Source: a virus
Taxonomy: Duplodnaviria > Heunggongvirae > Uroviricota > Caudoviricetes
DNA length: 7,865 nucleotides
Direction: 5' to 3' (one strand)
IMG/VR virus record: IMGVR_UViG_2602041549_000002
Position 1 is the first letter of the stretch. Each line of letters begins with the position of its first letter. Of this stretch, positions 7,408 to 7,865 are shown piece after piece. The notes under the pieces are model-generated. The model was not told where the DNA came from. It saw nothing but the letters and a program-made list of their open reading frames with translations, and did no database searches. Position numbers and translations under genes: made by a program.

Positions 7408-7865
7408 TCACCTGTCGAAAAACACGTAGCCAGTTTTCGATACGGTGATTGCGGATGATGGTTTGGATTGTGGTTGAATGGTTTCTGGCTTCTCGTCGTT
7501 CCAGCGCTGACCGTTCAGGTAGCTCGATGGTAACAACCTGTCGAATCCGAACTGCTTACCATTCCTGCATGCGATGTCTTCTGCCAGCATCGTGGCAAAC
7601 TCGCTTGCCGTACCCTTGGTAGTTTTACGCCATTCCCTGAACTGTGTTCTGAATGCCGAAGCTGCGTTTTTCTTCCCGGCTTTCCGCATGCCTGCACACC
7701 AGAATATTTCCTCGAATGCCTTGTCGGTTTCTTCGTGACGGTCAGGTGATTTTTCACACTCTGTTCGGACATGTTCGAACATAATGTTTTTAGGTTCATT
7801 GACTGGTTCAAAAGAGTGATAGGTTCTGGGGGCAGCTCCTGCCCCACCCCCCCGGGCAGCTCCTG
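7408..7865 (-). CDS. Replication protein, C-terminal part only (probable replication initiator or helicase-loader partner; N-terminus lies beyond the window end)
   Basis: The frame is open from the window edge with no in-frame stop upstream of the listed ATG at 7782. The C-terminal region ...FEEIFWCAGMRKAGKKNAASAFRTQFREW...LLPSSYLNGQRWNDE resembles, from memory, the conserved C-terminal domain found on phage replication initiator / replisome-organiser proteins. Located immediately upstream of the primase-helicase. Confidence 0.5.
   Translation of the reverse strand, partial: GAARGGGAGAAPRTYHSFEPVNEPKNIMFEHVRTECEKSPDRHEETDKAFEEIFWCAGMRKAGKKNAASAFRTQFREWRKTTKGTASEFATMLAEDIACRNGKQFGFDRLLPSSYLNGQRWNDEKPETIQPQSKPSSAITVSKTGYVFFDR
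7830..7865. repeat. GC-rich direct repeat (GGGCAGCTCCTG x2, 24 bp period) at the window edge; possible iteron-like element
   Basis: Exact 12-mer GGGCAGCTCCTG at 7830..7841 and 7854..7865, separated by a C-rich spacer CCCCACCCCCCC. Lies inside the open reading frame of the replication protein, where it would encode a Gly/Ala/Pro-rich linker. Confidence 0.3.

Noticed and set aside
6220-7847. Minus-strand alternative-frame ORFs (6220..6405, 6412..6642, 6685..6873, 6886..7290, 7515..7847)
   Set aside because: Fully nested in other frames within the primase-helicase or replication-protein genes. No recognisable motifs; the 7515..7847 ORF starts at a GTG within the G-rich repeat.
7828-7865. CRISPR-like or REP-like repeat at the window end
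   Set aside because: Only two short copies with a C-rich spacer, lying inside a coding frame. Nothing about length, spacing or context supports CRISPR; interpreted instead as a possible iteron or linker repeat.

Overview
This window is a lambdoid (lambda-like) phage or prophage segment, with every supported gene on the minus strand in one co-linear early-right/late arrangement. Reading along the minus strand (window end to window start): replication protein C-terminal fragment, Toprim primase fused to a DnaB-like helicase, small Cys-rich ORF, ninB, phage Dam-type N6-adenine methyltransferase, ninE, an unrecognised inserted gene, ninF, ninG (rap), ninH, ninI (lambda Ser/Thr phosphatase), Q antiterminator, late promoter pR' with a short-leader terminator, then the lysis cassette S holin, R endolysin and the first codons of Rz. 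Proteins of S, R, Q, ninB and ninE-ninI are near-identical to phage lambda as I recall them; the replication module, the methyltransferase, the ninE/ninF insert and the pR'-proximal terminator segment are not lambda-like, so the region is mosaic. I found no tRNA, CRISPR, transposase or toxin cargo between Q and S. The best candidates for something undescribed are the 135-codon gene inserted exactly at the ninE/ninF junction, the small Cys-rich ORF upstream of ninB, and the repeat and palindrome structure around the replication genes. All comparisons to lambda are from memory, not from an alignment.
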